Assembly: GCA_041946805.1 (NCBI GenBank)
Contig: JBHGBC010000007.1
Span: 18,723-82,722 of the forward strand
Length of the DNA stretch: 64,000 nt
Source of the DNA: a bacterium
GTDB lineage: Bacteria > Hinthialibacterota > Hinthialibacteria > Hinthialibacterales > Hinthialibacteraceae
Direction: 5' to 3'
The notes under the pieces are model-generated. The model worked only from the letters and a program-made list of their open reading frames with translations. It was not told the DNA's origin and did no database searches. Shown piece after piece: positions 1 to 9,593 of the stretch. Made by a program: the position numbers and the translations under genes. Position 1 is the stretch's first letter. Each line of letters opens with the position of its first letter.

Positions 1-4
1 CCCC

Positions 5-1249
5 ATGATCGCCCTGGGCCTGGTTCTGAAACTCCCTATTTCATTTTACCTCGCTTACCTGGCGGCGGTGATGGCCTTTTCCGGCATCGCCGTCAGCCTG
101 GGCGTATGGGTGGCCATGGTCATGGTGGCCGTTTTTCCCGTGAAACGGATGCACCAGACGGTGGCGTTTTTGGGATTGAGCCTGGCGGTGTTTTTGATCA
201 CCGTGTTGCGTTTTCTGCACCTCGAAACCTTGTGGAGCGATGCCGCCGCCAGCAATCCGTTGATCCTGTTCCTGCGGTACGAACCGGGCGGGTGGATCCG
301 CTACGCGCCCGGGCTGTTCTTCTCGCGCGCCATTCAACCGTTCGTTCTGGCGGAGGCGGGATCCGTCACCGGGTTGTTGCTGCTGTCCGCGCTCAGCGGA
401 GTGGCAATCACCGGCACGGTGTGGCTTCCGAAGCGTTTATTTCTCCGGGGGTGGTGGAAAAACCAGGAGCAGGCCGATCCCGAGGTTCATCCCCGGGGCT
501 GGACACGGAAAAGCGGCTCCCGTGTTCCTTCGAGGCCCCTGCGGGTGCTGATCAGGAAGGACTGGCTGATATTCAAGCGGGATCCATCGATTTGGACGCA
601 GTTATTCATGATGGTTCCGCTGGCCGCCTTGTATTTGTTGAATCTTTCGTTTCTGCCATTGCAGGGAGAGGTGCTGGCGCCGTTTTTCGCTTTGGCGGAC
701 GTGGGCATGATCGGCCTCATCATTGCGGCGGTGGGGGCGCGGTTTTTGTTTCCCGCGGCCAGCCGGGAAGGCCGGCCGGTCTGGATTCCCGCGGTATCGC
801 CGGTACCGCCGGGAACGATCATCTGGCAAAAAGTGATCTTTTTGATCCCGCCGGTGATGGTGTTGAGCGCGGTGATGCTGATTTTCTCCAGCCGGATTCT
901 CCGGCTGCCCCCCGCCCTGGCCCGCTGGTGCTTCGGCTATGGGCTGCTCGTCTCGTTGCAGATCTGCCTGATGGCGGTGTTTTTGGGATTCTGTTTACCC
1001 TCGTACAAATTCCGGCATGTGCTGGAAGTGTCATTGGGCAAGGGGGCGTTTTTGTTTATGATGCTGGCCTTGGCGCAAATCATGCTGCTGATGTATGGAG
1101 CCTGGAGCCGGTTGATGATCAGCCCCGAACCGGTTTTGCCGCTGTGGGACGGACGTTTTATGATCTGGCTGGCGGGGTGGAGCGGAGTGACCGCGTTTTG
1201 CTATTGGGCCGGGCGGCGCAGATGGGCCGCCGCCGGAGAAGGGGAATAA
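5..1249 (+). CDS. ABC-2-type exporter permease-like multi-TM membrane protein (probably 5'-truncated by the window)
   Basis: About 10 hydrophobic segments; 'LIRKDWLIFKRDP' and 'SREGRPVWIPAVSPV...IIWQK' motifs typical of putative ABC exporter permeases. Confidence 0.7.
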   Translation: MIALGLVLKLPISFYLAYLAAVMAFSGIAVSLGVWVAMVMVAVFPVKRMHQTVAFLGLSLAVFLITVLRFLHLETLWSDAAASNPLILFLRYEPGGWIRYAPGLFFSRAIQPFVLAEAGSVTGLLLLSALSGVAITGTVWLPKRLFLRGWWKNQEQADPEVHPRGWTRKSGSRVPSRPLRVLIRKDWLIFKRDPSIWTQLFMMVPLAALYLLNLSFLPLQGEVLAPFFALADVGMIGLIIAAVGARFLFPAASREGRPVWIPAVSPVPPGTIIWQKVIFLIPPVMVLSAVMLIFSSRILRLPPALARWCFGYGLLVSLQICLMAVFLGFCLPSYKFRHVLEVSLGKGAFLFMMLALAQIMLLMYGAWSRLMISPEPVLPLWDGRFMIWLAGWSGVTAFCYWAGRRRWAAAGEGE

Positions 1250-1346
1250 AGGCTCTCCCGGTTTGAACTCCCGCGCCGGGTATAGTAGGATAACTCCGGC
1301 AATCCGACGGATTTTCCACGGCTAAAACAGGGAAAGGAGAAGGAGA

Positions 1347-2129
1347 ATGAAAACGGGTTTTGTATCAGGAGCCGTCATGTTGGCCATCGGAGCGATGTGG
1401 CTGACTCCCGCCACGTTCGCGGAGGAGCCGGTCAAGGTGCTGTTCTTGACCAAGTCCTCCGGTTTTGAGCATTCGGTGGTGCAACGGGAAAAGGGCGAGC
1501 TGGGCTTCGCGGAAAAAGTCATGTTGGACCTCGCCAAGGACAACAACTTGTTGGTGGTGGTCACCAAGGACGCCGGCATGATCAACGAGAAGCAATTGGC
1601 CGCTTTCGACGTGGTGCTGTTCTACACCACCGGCGATTTGACCCAGCCCAGCAAGGACAACGGCACCCCCATGGGCGCGAAAGGCGTGGACGCGCTGGTG
1701 AACTGGGTGAAAAACGGCGGCGGATACGTGGGATCCCACACCGCGTCGGACACGTTCCATGAGAACCTTGAATACCGCAGACTGTCCGGCGGAGTCTTCA
1801 AAACCCACGGTCAGCAGGAAACCGCCACGATGAAGGTGGTGGAGCATCCCATCACCAAGCATTTGGGGGATACGTTGACCCTTCAGGACGAGTTCTACAT
1901 GTTCAAGGACACGACGAACACTTTCCAACCGTTGCTGATTCTGCAGACCAAGGGCATGAAGCAGGAAATGTACAACCAGGTGGAACCGTATCCCAACACG
2001 TGGATCGAGGAATTGGGCCAGGGGCGGATCTTCAACTGCGCCCTGGGCCACCGCGAGGACGTCTGGACGAATCCCGGTTTTCAGAAGCTGCTCATCAATG
2101 GAATCAAGTGGGCGGCGAAGAAATTGTAA
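1347..2129 (+). CDS. ThuA-like (class I glutamine amidotransferase-like fold) secreted protein
   Basis: Signal peptide; 'KVLFLTKSSGFEHS', 'GGGYVGSHTASDT', 'DEFY', 'GQGRIFNCALGH' motifs; AAGGAG RBS. Confidence 0.85.
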   Translation: MKTGFVSGAVMLAIGAMWLTPATFAEEPVKVLFLTKSSGFEHSVVQREKGELGFAEKVMLDLAKDNNLLVVVTKDAGMINEKQLAAFDVVLFYTTGDLTQPSKDNGTPMGAKGVDALVNWVKNGGGYVGSHTASDTFHENLEYRRLSGGVFKTHGQQETATMKVVEHPITKHLGDTLTLQDEFYMFKDTTNTFQPLLILQTKGMKQEMYNQVEPYPNTWIEELGQGRIFNCALGHREDVWTNPGFQKLLINGIKWAAKKL

Positions 2130-2161
2130 CGCCTCCACCTCCAGCACCAGATGATTCAAAC

Positions 2162-2198
2162 AAACCGGGGCAGGGGGATGATCCTGCCCTGGTTTTTT
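2162..2198 (+). terminator. Intrinsic terminator after the ThuA-like gene
   Basis: ACCGGGGCAGG/CCTGCCCTGGT stem (one G-U pair) followed by a T-run. Confidence 0.7.
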
Positions 2199-2258
2199 CA
2201 TTTTTTAGAGCAACTTTTTTTGCTACTGTTTACTGAATTGCAGCGAAGGGATGAATTT

Positions 2259-2308
2259 CGCCCTTTCAGGGCTTCCCTCACCCTGACCCTCTCCCAGAGG
2301 GAGAGGGA
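2259..2308. repeat. REP-like palindrome (CCCTCACCC..CCCTCTCCC..GGGAGAGGG family) preceded by CGCCCTTTCAGGGC
   Basis: CCCTCACCCTGACCCTCTCCCAGAGGGAGAGGGA; about 10 similar copies in this window. Confidence 0.85.
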
Positions 2309-2380
2309 ATCGTTTCGCGTTCCCATCAATACTCGTATCACGAATTAGTCATTATGAAAGTTCGGCATTCGGGTAAATAG

Positions 2381-2872
2381 TTACCTTTTTATTAAACCAC
2401 GCGGCCACCAGCGGTTCACGCGCCCGCAATATTCGATGTACGCCTCGCCGAAGGTCCGCCGCAAGGCCGGTTCTTCATAAAGAACGGTAAAGAGATGGCA
2501 TCCGGTCACCAGCAGGAGCGCGTACACGAGAAGCGTGCCGGATTCAAAAAAGACGGATTCGCCCAGGATTACCAGGAACATCCCCCAATACATGGGATTC
2601 CGGACATATTGATACGGGCCTTGCACCACCAGGTGCTTGGGAGGATCGATGGGCGCCGGAGTTCCCTGTCCATACATCACGAAATTCAGGGCGCACCAAC
2701 CGGCCAACGCGGTTCCGGCTAGAAACACGGGTAGTCCCAGCCAACGCAGCGGTCCCAACTCCGCTTGGTATAGTTCGCGATGAGTTGAAATAAACCAATA
2801 CGGAATCCATCCGGCCACCGTTCCTGGGATCAATACCGCGAAACAGAGGGTTTTAAGCCATATCTTGGTCAT
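2381..2872 (-). CDS. Isoprenylcysteine carboxyl methyltransferase / PEMT family membrane protein
   Basis: 'GQGTPAPIDPPKHLVVQGPYQYVRNPMYWG' and 'EEPALRRTFGEAYIEYCGRVNRW'; start at 2872 overlaps the upstream stop (ATGA). Confidence 0.85.
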   Translation of the reverse strand: MTKIWLKTLCFAVLIPGTVAGWIPYWFISTHRELYQAELGPLRWLGLPVFLAGTALAGWCALNFVMYGQGTPAPIDPPKHLVVQGPYQYVRNPMYWGMFLVILGESVFFESGTLLVYALLLVTGCHLFTVLYEEPALRRTFGEAYIEYCGRVNRWWPRGLIKR

Positions 2873-4284
2873 TGTTGCCCGTCCGGAGACACGCGCTTCA
2901 AATACAGCACCGCGTCCGCTTTTGCGAAGGGTGATTTCAATTGGCGGGTTTCGCCACCGGAAATGGATTCTCCCTTCTCTGTAGTATCCTGTGACGGATT
3001 GAACCATTCCACCGTGAACGATCCTTCCGCTGGCGTGAGATCCACGGTCACTTCGCCTTCCTCCGGCAGGTAGACCAGATATTCCCGGCCGGGATCGGCC
3101 AGGCAATACCGGCTGGAGGCCAGGTCATCCCGGGGCGTCATGTCCGCGAGGTTCATCCGTTCCGCGTAGCGGAGGGTATATCCCAGGGAGCGTCGGACGG
3201 GATCCCATTGCGGATCGAAGGGATTGCCCAAGGTCACGCCGTCATAGGGATCCATGAAGAGGGGATGGAGGCCGCGGGTGAAGCTCTTCCACACCCAGGC
3301 TTGATGGCCGCCGATGCCCCAGAGGTGGTCGGTGTCGTTGAGGATGACTTTCCGGCCATCGTTGGCCGGAGGATCTTCCCGGTAACCGCCATCGGGATTG
3401 GGGGAGATCCAATCGGCGGGGCTGTCGAACAGAGACTGATTGCCGCCGCCCTTGTACTGGAACGTCATGCCCACGGGATGCTGCAGGGGCTTGGATTTCT
3501 CGTACGCGTGAATCAGGCGGATCATGTGATATTGCCACGGCGTGGAAGGCGGGTGGTTCTCATTCGAGATTTCGTACAGCACGTTGTCCAGATCGTTTAC
3601 CGTGTCGATCACGTGCTTGACGTAGGCTTCCTGAATGGCCGTGACCGCGGGGTTTTTCAGCGTGTGGATTTCCAAGCCCTGGCCGTCGCTGTTCAAGTCG
3701 CCGTTGATGCCGTTGATGTTGTTGTCTTGGTTGAAGGGATGGCCTTTCCAGGCGCCGGGGGCGAATTGCACTCCCCAGCCTTCGAACAGCATGATGGAGA
3801 CATAAATCCCCCGGTCCCGCGCCGCCGCGGTCCGGGAGTGAAGCCGGTCGAAATAATCGGAATTCCAGCGCGCGAGGTCGAACTTGGGCTTGCCGTCCAA
3901 GGCGTTGCCCGGCCCGGTGCGCGCCCAGGGATGCGGCGCCGCGTGGTGCAAGGTAATCGGGGTATGCTGGCTGTTGGCTTCCGTGTTCCACCACACCAGT
4001 TCCCACGTCCACATGCGCATGAAGTTGTGGTTGAGGTTTTTCATCCAATCGAGGTAAGCGATGTAATCGAAAGGTTTGGGGGGATCTTCCGGACCCATAT
4101 CCACCAGGTTGTACCAGACGTGCGAACCAGTGAGATACACCGCTTTCCCGCTGCCGTCGGTGAAATAGCGGGGATTTTTCTCCAATACCCGCAACGGGCC
4201 TTTGGCGGGATCTCCCGCGGCGGAAAGGACAAGGACGAGCAGGAAGGCGAAGGCAAAACCGGATTGCGGGATTTTAATCTTCAT
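2869..4284 (-). CDS. Secreted TIM-barrel glycoside-hydrolase-like protein with C-terminal collagen-binding-like domain (DUF4038/DUF6298-like)
   Basis: Signal peptide; 'NPRYFTDGSGK', 'NVLYEISNE' (clan GH-A-like NE motif); C-terminal 'YCLADPGREYLVYLP..VEWFNP..SPF..DAVLYL'. Confidence 0.7.
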   Translation of the reverse strand: MKIKIPQSGFAFAFLLVLVLSAAGDPAKGPLRVLEKNPRYFTDGSGKAVYLTGSHVWYNLVDMGPEDPPKPFDYIAYLDWMKNLNHNFMRMWTWELVWWNTEANSQHTPITLHHAAPHPWARTGPGNALDGKPKFDLARWNSDYFDRLHSRTAAARDRGIYVSIMLFEGWGVQFAPGAWKGHPFNQDNNINGINGDLNSDGQGLEIHTLKNPAVTAIQEAYVKHVIDTVNDLDNVLYEISNENHPPSTPWQYHMIRLIHAYEKSKPLQHPVGMTFQYKGGGNQSLFDSPADWISPNPDGGYREDPPANDGRKVILNDTDHLWGIGGHQAWVWKSFTRGLHPLFMDPYDGVTLGNPFDPQWDPVRRSLGYTLRYAERMNLADMTPRDDLASSRYCLADPGREYLVYLPEEGEVTVDLTPAEGSFTVEWFNPSQDTTEKGESISGGETRQLKSPFAKADAVLYLKRVSPDGQQ

Positions 4285-4448
4285 GAGGGCGCTCCTGAAC
4301 GAGTCGCTTGGTTTCGGCGCAATGCAGGCGTTTACCGAATAACGGCCCTACTGTAGCACAGGGATTGTGGAGAAGGGCAAGGGGAAATGAGAGGCATGGT
4401 GTCAAAGTCAGGCGTTCCCTTGCCCCGGCCAACGGTTTTCCCCGGTTT

Positions 4449-5618
4449 TCAGATTTGATACTGGATATCCCGTTTGGGGGCGGGGGGGCAATCCGTGCCG
4501 AGGTTGTCGATCAGTTTTTGATAGAGGGCTTCATACTGAGTGGTGATGAGATCCACATTGAATTTGCGTTGGACCAGTTCCCGCCCGGCCGCGCCCATTT
4601 GGCGTTGCAGGCCGGGATTGGTCAGGATCTTGACCGCCGCTTCGGCGATGCCCTGAATGCATCCCACCGGATTCAGAAAACCGGTCACGCCGTCTTCCAC
4701 CACTTCCACAACGCCTCCCGCGCGGGTGGCCACCACGGGCGTGCCGCACGACATGGCCTCGGCGATGGTCATCCCGAACGATTCGCGCTCGGAGGTGGAG
4801 ATCAGCAGGTCGGAATCCTGCAGAATCTCCCCCACGCCGAGGCGGGGGCCCCAGAATTCGACCTTGTCCTGCAGCCCCAGCCGGTCCACCAGCATCTCCG
4901 CCTTGAGCCGTTCCGGCCCTTCGCCCACGAACACCAGCCGCGCGGGAACGGCCGAGACGATCAGGTCGAACACCTTGATCACGTCCTCGATGCGTTTGAC
5001 GGGGCGGAAATTGCTGATGTGCACAAGGGTTTTTTTCCGCCGCGCCGGCCGGGGATCATTGGGTGGCGGGGAAAAATACTCGGTGTCAATCGGATTGTAG
5101 ATGACCTGAATATCCTCTTTGATGTCGAATTCCGCCAACGTGGCTTTTTTCAAGTAATGGCTGACCGCCGTGACCGCGTTACACGAGTCGATGCTGAATT
5201 CCACCACCGGTTTGTAGGAGGGCATCTGGCCCACCAGTTCCGTGTCCGTGCCGTGCAGGGTGGCCACCACTTTCAAGGCGGCCTGGTATTGCTTGCAGAG
5301 CATCTGCTTGGCCAGGAAGGCGGAAGTGCAATGCGGGATGGCGTAATGCACGTGCAGGATGTCGAAGGGAGTTTCCTGGAAGATCTGGTAGATGCTCGAG
5401 GCCAGCGCCAGGGTGTAAGGAGGAAACTTGAACAGGGGATAGAGGGGGACATCGACGTGATGGAAATGAAACTGTTCAGTCGCTCCCTGAAGACGCCGGG
5501 GGACGTCGTAGCTGATGAAGTGGACCTGGTGGCCCCGGCGCGCCAGCGATTTGCCCAGTTCGGTGGCGACGATTCCGCTGCCGCCCACGGAGGGATAGCA
5601 TACTATGCCGATTCGCAT
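4449..5618 (-). CDS. bshA: N-acetyl-alpha-D-glucosaminyl L-malate synthase (GT4)
   Basis: 'IGIVCYPSVGGSGIVATELG', 'HVHYAIPH', 'TLHGTD', 'HISNFRPVKR', 'ESFG' are BshA signatures. Confidence 0.88.
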   Translation of the reverse strand: MRIGIVCYPSVGGSGIVATELGKSLARRGHQVHFISYDVPRRLQGATEQFHFHHVDVPLYPLFKFPPYTLALASSIYQIFQETPFDILHVHYAIPHCTSAFLAKQMLCKQYQAALKVVATLHGTDTELVGQMPSYKPVVEFSIDSCNAVTAVSHYLKKATLAEFDIKEDIQVIYNPIDTEYFSPPPNDPRPARRKKTLVHISNFRPVKRIEDVIKVFDLIVSAVPARLVFVGEGPERLKAEMLVDRLGLQDKVEFWGPRLGVGEILQDSDLLISTSERESFGMTIAEAMSCGTPVVATRAGGVVEVVEDGVTGFLNPVGCIQGIAEAAVKILTNPGLQRQMGAAGRELVQRKFNVDLITTQYEALYQKLIDNLGTDCPPAPKRDIQYQI

Positions 5619-5637
5619 CGTGGTTTCCCCTTCTTTC

Positions 5638-5845
5638 GGGATTTTTCCGAGACGTGGTCCGCGTAGGTGATAAGGGTATTTCTGCTGGCTGGTTCAGGCG
5701 GGCCCCAAGGTCCGTCCCTGCCAAAATTCCCTCACCCTGGCCCTCTCCCCGAGGGAGAGGGGATTTTGGGTTGATCTCTCAAACCAGACTGTTAGAAGAC
5801 CAGCCGAGCTATCTGGAAAATAAGTGCGCGCTTACCGGGTGAACT
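5638..5845 (-). mobile_element. Degenerate ~210-bp TIR/REP composite element, reverse orientation
   Basis: Internal REP 5729-5763 plus a GGACC-type hairpin near 5698-5720; TIR GTGCGCGCTTACCGGGTGAACT at 5824-5845; the other end is poorly conserved so the left coordinate is approximate. Confidence 0.5.
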
Positions 5846-5848
5846 TAT

Positions 5849-7804
5849 TTATTCATGGGACATGGATTGAATGGATAATCGGGCCAGTTCGACGCATCGC
5901 GCGAAATGGTCCACGATGGTTTTCAATTCCGTGACAATGGATTCGTATTTCGGGATCATGACCTCCAGAAAGGCGTTGCCCGTGTTGTCCCGGGGATATT
6001 CGGCCCGCTGCCGGCGGTAGTAAAGGTGCTGGACCGAATTTCCCAAAAACGCGTCGAACAGCTCGTCGCCGCACATTTCCACCCACAGCGCCTCGAATTC
6101 CCGCCACCGGCTTTGCGCTTCCGCCCCGCTCACGGCCTGGTTCCGGACAAGGTGTTTCCACTGGTTGAGCATTGCCTGCAGCCGGTCACATATCCCCCTG
6201 GATACCAGGAGGCGTTCATAACCTTGGCTCAGCCTGCCGGTCAGTTCGGTGACCTGAGCGGCGCGGCGCATCCCGCGGAACGTATCCAACCGTTCGGGGA
6301 CACCGGGCGTTACGAGATATTTTCGCATCGCATCCCGCAGCGGCAAGCGGACCGTGCCTTCAAAGCGCGCGCCGCCCTCGGTCGCGTCGACGACCTCCAC
6401 CCCGCATTCCGCCACGGTTTTTTCCAGGGCCTTGATGTAGAGCGAGAAGGGAACCGTGGTCGGCACTTCGTCTCCGTAATAGCCGGGGACGAGCATCATC
6501 TTGCCGGATTCGGCCGCGGCCTTGCCTTCTTTTCCGCCGATGACCACCGTCCCGTCCTCACGCATGGGTTCGATTTGGCGGGACAAGGCGGCCGAGGCGG
6601 CGTGGGTGGCGCCGCCGCTCCGGGGGAAGGCGAAGTCAAAACCCGCGAGCAGAATGGGCGCGCACCCCATGTGCAGGGCCAGGTTCAAGGCGAGATGGCC
6701 GACGTTCATGGCCCGTTTCATCACGCCGTATTCCGATTCGAGATCGAAGAGAAACCGCAGCAGGGGCGAATTCGAGTCAAACAAGGGCAGGAGATAGGGA
6801 TGGCTGGAGTATTTCTGGGTGATCTGCCGGTAAACCTCGGGATGGAACGCCAGAAACGCGTGACCCAGGGAATCGATCTGTTCAAAATGGCTGAAATTCA
6901 GGGGCGTCGGATCGCCGGTGACCACCACATCCGGCGCGACGCCGATGGTTTTCATCGTGTTTTGGGCTGTATCGACGACAAACAGGGCCGCCCGGCCGTT
7001 CACCTCCCGCAGTTGGCGGACGTTCTTGTCCAGGGATGGCCCGGCGGCCGCCACGATGCCGGGAAAACCCCGCAGCAGGCCCGCGCAATCCTTCAAGGCG
7101 TACCCCCGCGCCAGGGATGGCAGGTTCATGAAGATATTGAACTGTCCCCGTCCCTGGTTTTCGATGTTGGTGCGCATGTTGACTTCATCGTAGGTCAGCA
7201 TGTCGAGCAGCGCCTGCTGGGCCGCGGCGTAATAATCGGGGTCATAACGCAGGGAGGCGGGATGAGAGAGGATTTGACAGTTGTGGATCACCAGGTCGCG
7301 GCGGGCGTCTTCCAATATCCGGGACGGGAGGGAAGCCGGGACCGCGTCCACCAGAAACTGGGTTCCGGGCCGTTGGAACAGGCTCCGAAGGTCAAGGACC
7401 GACAGCGCCAGCCGGAGAACGCGCGGATCGCGTTCGATCACGACCAAAAAACGGATCCTCGTGACGTGAGCCTTCAACAGGGTCAACAAATGATATCCCA
7501 GTCCGGCGCCCAGGACCAGCACATTGGTGGGCCGTTCGAGGACGACGCTTTCCGCCCACCGCTGGGCTTCGCGCAAGGGATCGTAGGCGCTATGCAGCAA
7601 AACCGGCTTGTCACGTCCCGGCGGGAGGACGCGGAGCGTGGGAGCGCCGCTTTTGGCGTGCGTCAGTTCGGCCGGGAATCCATCCAGGGACGTGGTTTGG
7701 ATGAGCCGCGCCAGTTCCGGGTGGGTTTGTTGGACCGCGGCGAGGTTGGCCTCCAGGATCGATGCTGACAAAACGCGCCTCCGGGGGATGGATGATGACG
7801 GCAT
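5849..7804 (-). CDS. maf: Motility-associated factor (Maf/DUF115) flagellin glycosyltransferase
   Basis: 'LHSAYDPLREA', 'VLGAGLGYHL', 'AAAGPSLDKN', 'MGCAPILLAGFDFAF', 'DATEGGARFEG'; last gene of the flagellar cluster; start uncertain. Confidence 0.8.
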   Translation of the reverse strand: MPSSSIPRRRVLSASILEANLAAVQQTHPELARLIQTTSLDGFPAELTHAKSGAPTLRVLPPGRDKPVLLHSAYDPLREAQRWAESVVLERPTNVLVLGAGLGYHLLTLLKAHVTRIRFLVVIERDPRVLRLALSVLDLRSLFQRPGTQFLVDAVPASLPSRILEDARRDLVIHNCQILSHPASLRYDPDYYAAAQQALLDMLTYDEVNMRTNIENQGRGQFNIFMNLPSLARGYALKDCAGLLRGFPGIVAAAGPSLDKNVRQLREVNGRAALFVVDTAQNTMKTIGVAPDVVVTGDPTPLNFSHFEQIDSLGHAFLAFHPEVYRQITQKYSSHPYLLPLFDSNSPLLRFLFDLESEYGVMKRAMNVGHLALNLALHMGCAPILLAGFDFAFPRSGGATHAASAALSRQIEPMREDGTVVIGGKEGKAAAESGKMMLVPGYYGDEVPTTVPFSLYIKALEKTVAECGVEVVDATEGGARFEGTVRLPLRDAMRKYLVTPGVPERLDTFRGMRRAAQVTELTGRLSQGYERLLVSRGICDRLQAMLNQWKHLVRNQAVSGAEAQSRWREFEALWVEMCGDELFDAFLGNSVQHLYYRRQRAEYPRDNTGNAFLEVMIPKYESIVTELKTIVDHFARCVELARLSIQSMSHE

Positions 7805-7847
7805 TGTACCGCCGGCCGGGCCGGGGGATAAGCGTCCACCGGCGGGA

Positions 7848-8714
7848 TCACCGGGACCTTCCGGATGGCCTGTTGCTCCGGTTTCCATTGGTGTTGCGGG
7901 GCACGAAGTCTTTTTCATCCGGCGCGATCTTGGGATCACCATTTCCCGCCAGGATGCCCGTGAAGGTTTCGGACTGGCCGCCTTGCAAGAGCAAGATCTC
8001 CACCCGGCGGTTCAAGGCCCGGTGTTCCTCGGAATCGTTGGGAAAACGGGGCCGGTTGTCTCCACAGGACATGACGCTGAACCGGTCCTCCGGCACGCGG
8101 TTTTGGGGAGGCTCCAGCTGGACGCTCAGGTAGGTCATGGTTTCGAAAGCGCGCGCCTGCGCCAGCCGCCAACGGTCCTGGAAGGGGGAGTTGCCGGGCA
8201 GGGGCGTGTCATCGGCATGGCCTTCCACCCGTATGCGCAGATGGGGGAAATCGTTGAGGATACCGGCGAGGGTGTTCAAATACTGCTTGCCCTCCGGTGT
8301 GAGTAAAGCCACGCCCGGGTAGAACAGGATCCGGCCGGCCAGGGTGAAGCGGATGCCTTCTTTCACCCCTTCCACACGGACATCCTGGCTGTCTTGATCG
8401 GTCACCAGCCGGGACCGGGCTTGTTCGACAATGGCTTCCTTGGCCTTTTCGATGGCCGGGTCCCGCTGGACCGGTTCGGCCCGCTGGGGATGGTTGGACG
8501 GAGCCCGGATATACGAGATCGTGAACAGGCCGGGAATGCGGCCCAGCGCGCCCTGGATGGAGCCGATGGCCTGATTGAATTTTTCCTGCTGCATGCTGCA
8601 AATCGAGAAGAGCAGGACAAAAAAGCAAAGCAGCAGCGACATCATGTCGGAGAAGGTGCACATCCATTCCGGCGCGCCGGCCGGTGGATCTTCTTCCTTG
8701 CGTCTGCGAGCCAT
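7848..8714 (-). CDS. motB: Flagellar stator MotB/PomB-family protein (paralogue 2)
   Basis: TM 'WMCTFSDMMSLLLCFFVLLFS' with the conserved Asp; OmpA-like domain 'RVEGHADD...NRRVEI'. Confidence 0.9.
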   Translation of the reverse strand: MARRRKEEDPPAGAPEWMCTFSDMMSLLLCFFVLLFSICSMQQEKFNQAIGSIQGALGRIPGLFTISYIRAPSNHPQRAEPVQRDPAIEKAKEAIVEQARSRLVTDQDSQDVRVEGVKEGIRFTLAGRILFYPGVALLTPEGKQYLNTLAGILNDFPHLRIRVEGHADDTPLPGNSPFQDRWRLAQARAFETMTYLSVQLEPPQNRVPEDRFSVMSCGDNRPRFPNDSEEHRALNRRVEILLLQGGQSETFTGILAGNGDPKIAPDEKDFVPRNTNGNRSNRPSGRSR

Positions 8715-8728
8715 GAGTCGAAACCTCC

Positions 8729-9544
8729 TTAGGGGCGCGGGGAATCCGGCGGCATCAAGGGGGTCCGCGGATCCTTCACGAGCGGTTCGCGGAAGTAGGT
8801 CCCATCGCCTTCATCGGTTTGCAGCAGGGTGATTTCCACCCGGCGGTTTTGTTTGCGGCCGATGGCGGTGGCGTTGTCCGCCCCGGGCACGGGCTGGTAT
8901 TCACCGAACGATTCGTAGACGAACCGGTCTTCACTCACCTGACCGGCGGGGGATCCCATTTCGGAGAGGAATTTCATGACCGTATACGCCCGGTTGGCTC
9001 CCAGCAGCCAGTTCACCCGCCGGTCGCCGCTGGCGTTGGTGTTGTCGGTGTGACCGCCGACCTTGACCGGATTGGTGGGGAATTGGATCAATTCGCCGGC
9101 CACGAATTGCAGGGCCGCGATCCCCTCGGCCTGCAGATGGTATTGCCCCGGCTCGAAAAGCACATCGCCGGAAAGGCGGAACGTGATGCCCAACTCGGTT
9201 CCCGTGACCTGGAGGACATTCTGCAGGTTGAGCGCCTGGATTCGCCGTTGCTCTTCGCGGAGCAGCTCTTCCTTGGCGTAGGATGTCCGTTTTCTGGTCT
9301 GGGCCGGGCGCGAGATCAAGGGATCCGTCTGCCGGAGGGGAAGGGGAGGGACCACGTAGGGGGCGGGGAGTCCGCCGAAAGCCGCCTTCAGGGAACCGGC
9401 CGCTTGGGTCATTTTCTTTTCTTCCATGGTGGACAGGGCAAAGAGCAGAACGAAAAAACACAACAGCAGCGACATCATGTCGGAGAAGGTGCACATCCAT
9501 TCCGGCGCGCCGGACGGAGTATCATCGGTTTTTTTTCTGCGCAT
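8729..9544 (-). CDS. motB: Flagellar stator MotB/PomB-family protein (paralogue 1)
   Basis: TM 'WMCTFSDMMSLLLCFFVLLFA'; 'GGHTDN...NRRVEI'; start re-set to ATG 9544. Confidence 0.9.
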   Translation of the reverse strand: MRRKKTDDTPSGAPEWMCTFSDMMSLLLCFFVLLFALSTMEEKKMTQAAGSLKAAFGGLPAPYVVPPLPLRQTDPLISRPAQTRKRTSYAKEELLREEQRRIQALNLQNVLQVTGTELGITFRLSGDVLFEPGQYHLQAEGIAALQFVAGELIQFPTNPVKVGGHTDNTNASGDRRVNWLLGANRAYTVMKFLSEMGSPAGQVSEDRFVYESFGEYQPVPGADNATAIGRKQNRRVEITLLQTDEGDGTYFREPLVKDPRTPLMPPDSPRP

Positions 9545-9593
9545 CGGGTCGTTGCCGGCCTGGTCCCGGGTCCGGGAAGCCGGATCCTCCTTG

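Noticed and set aside
5906..7768. 620-aa plus-strand ORF (likewise 4308-5666, 12027-14066, 22120-23733, 24703-26277, 28390-30042, 30735-32474, 54201-56228)
   Set aside because: Antisense shadows of well-supported genes in high-GC DNA; no recognisable motifs
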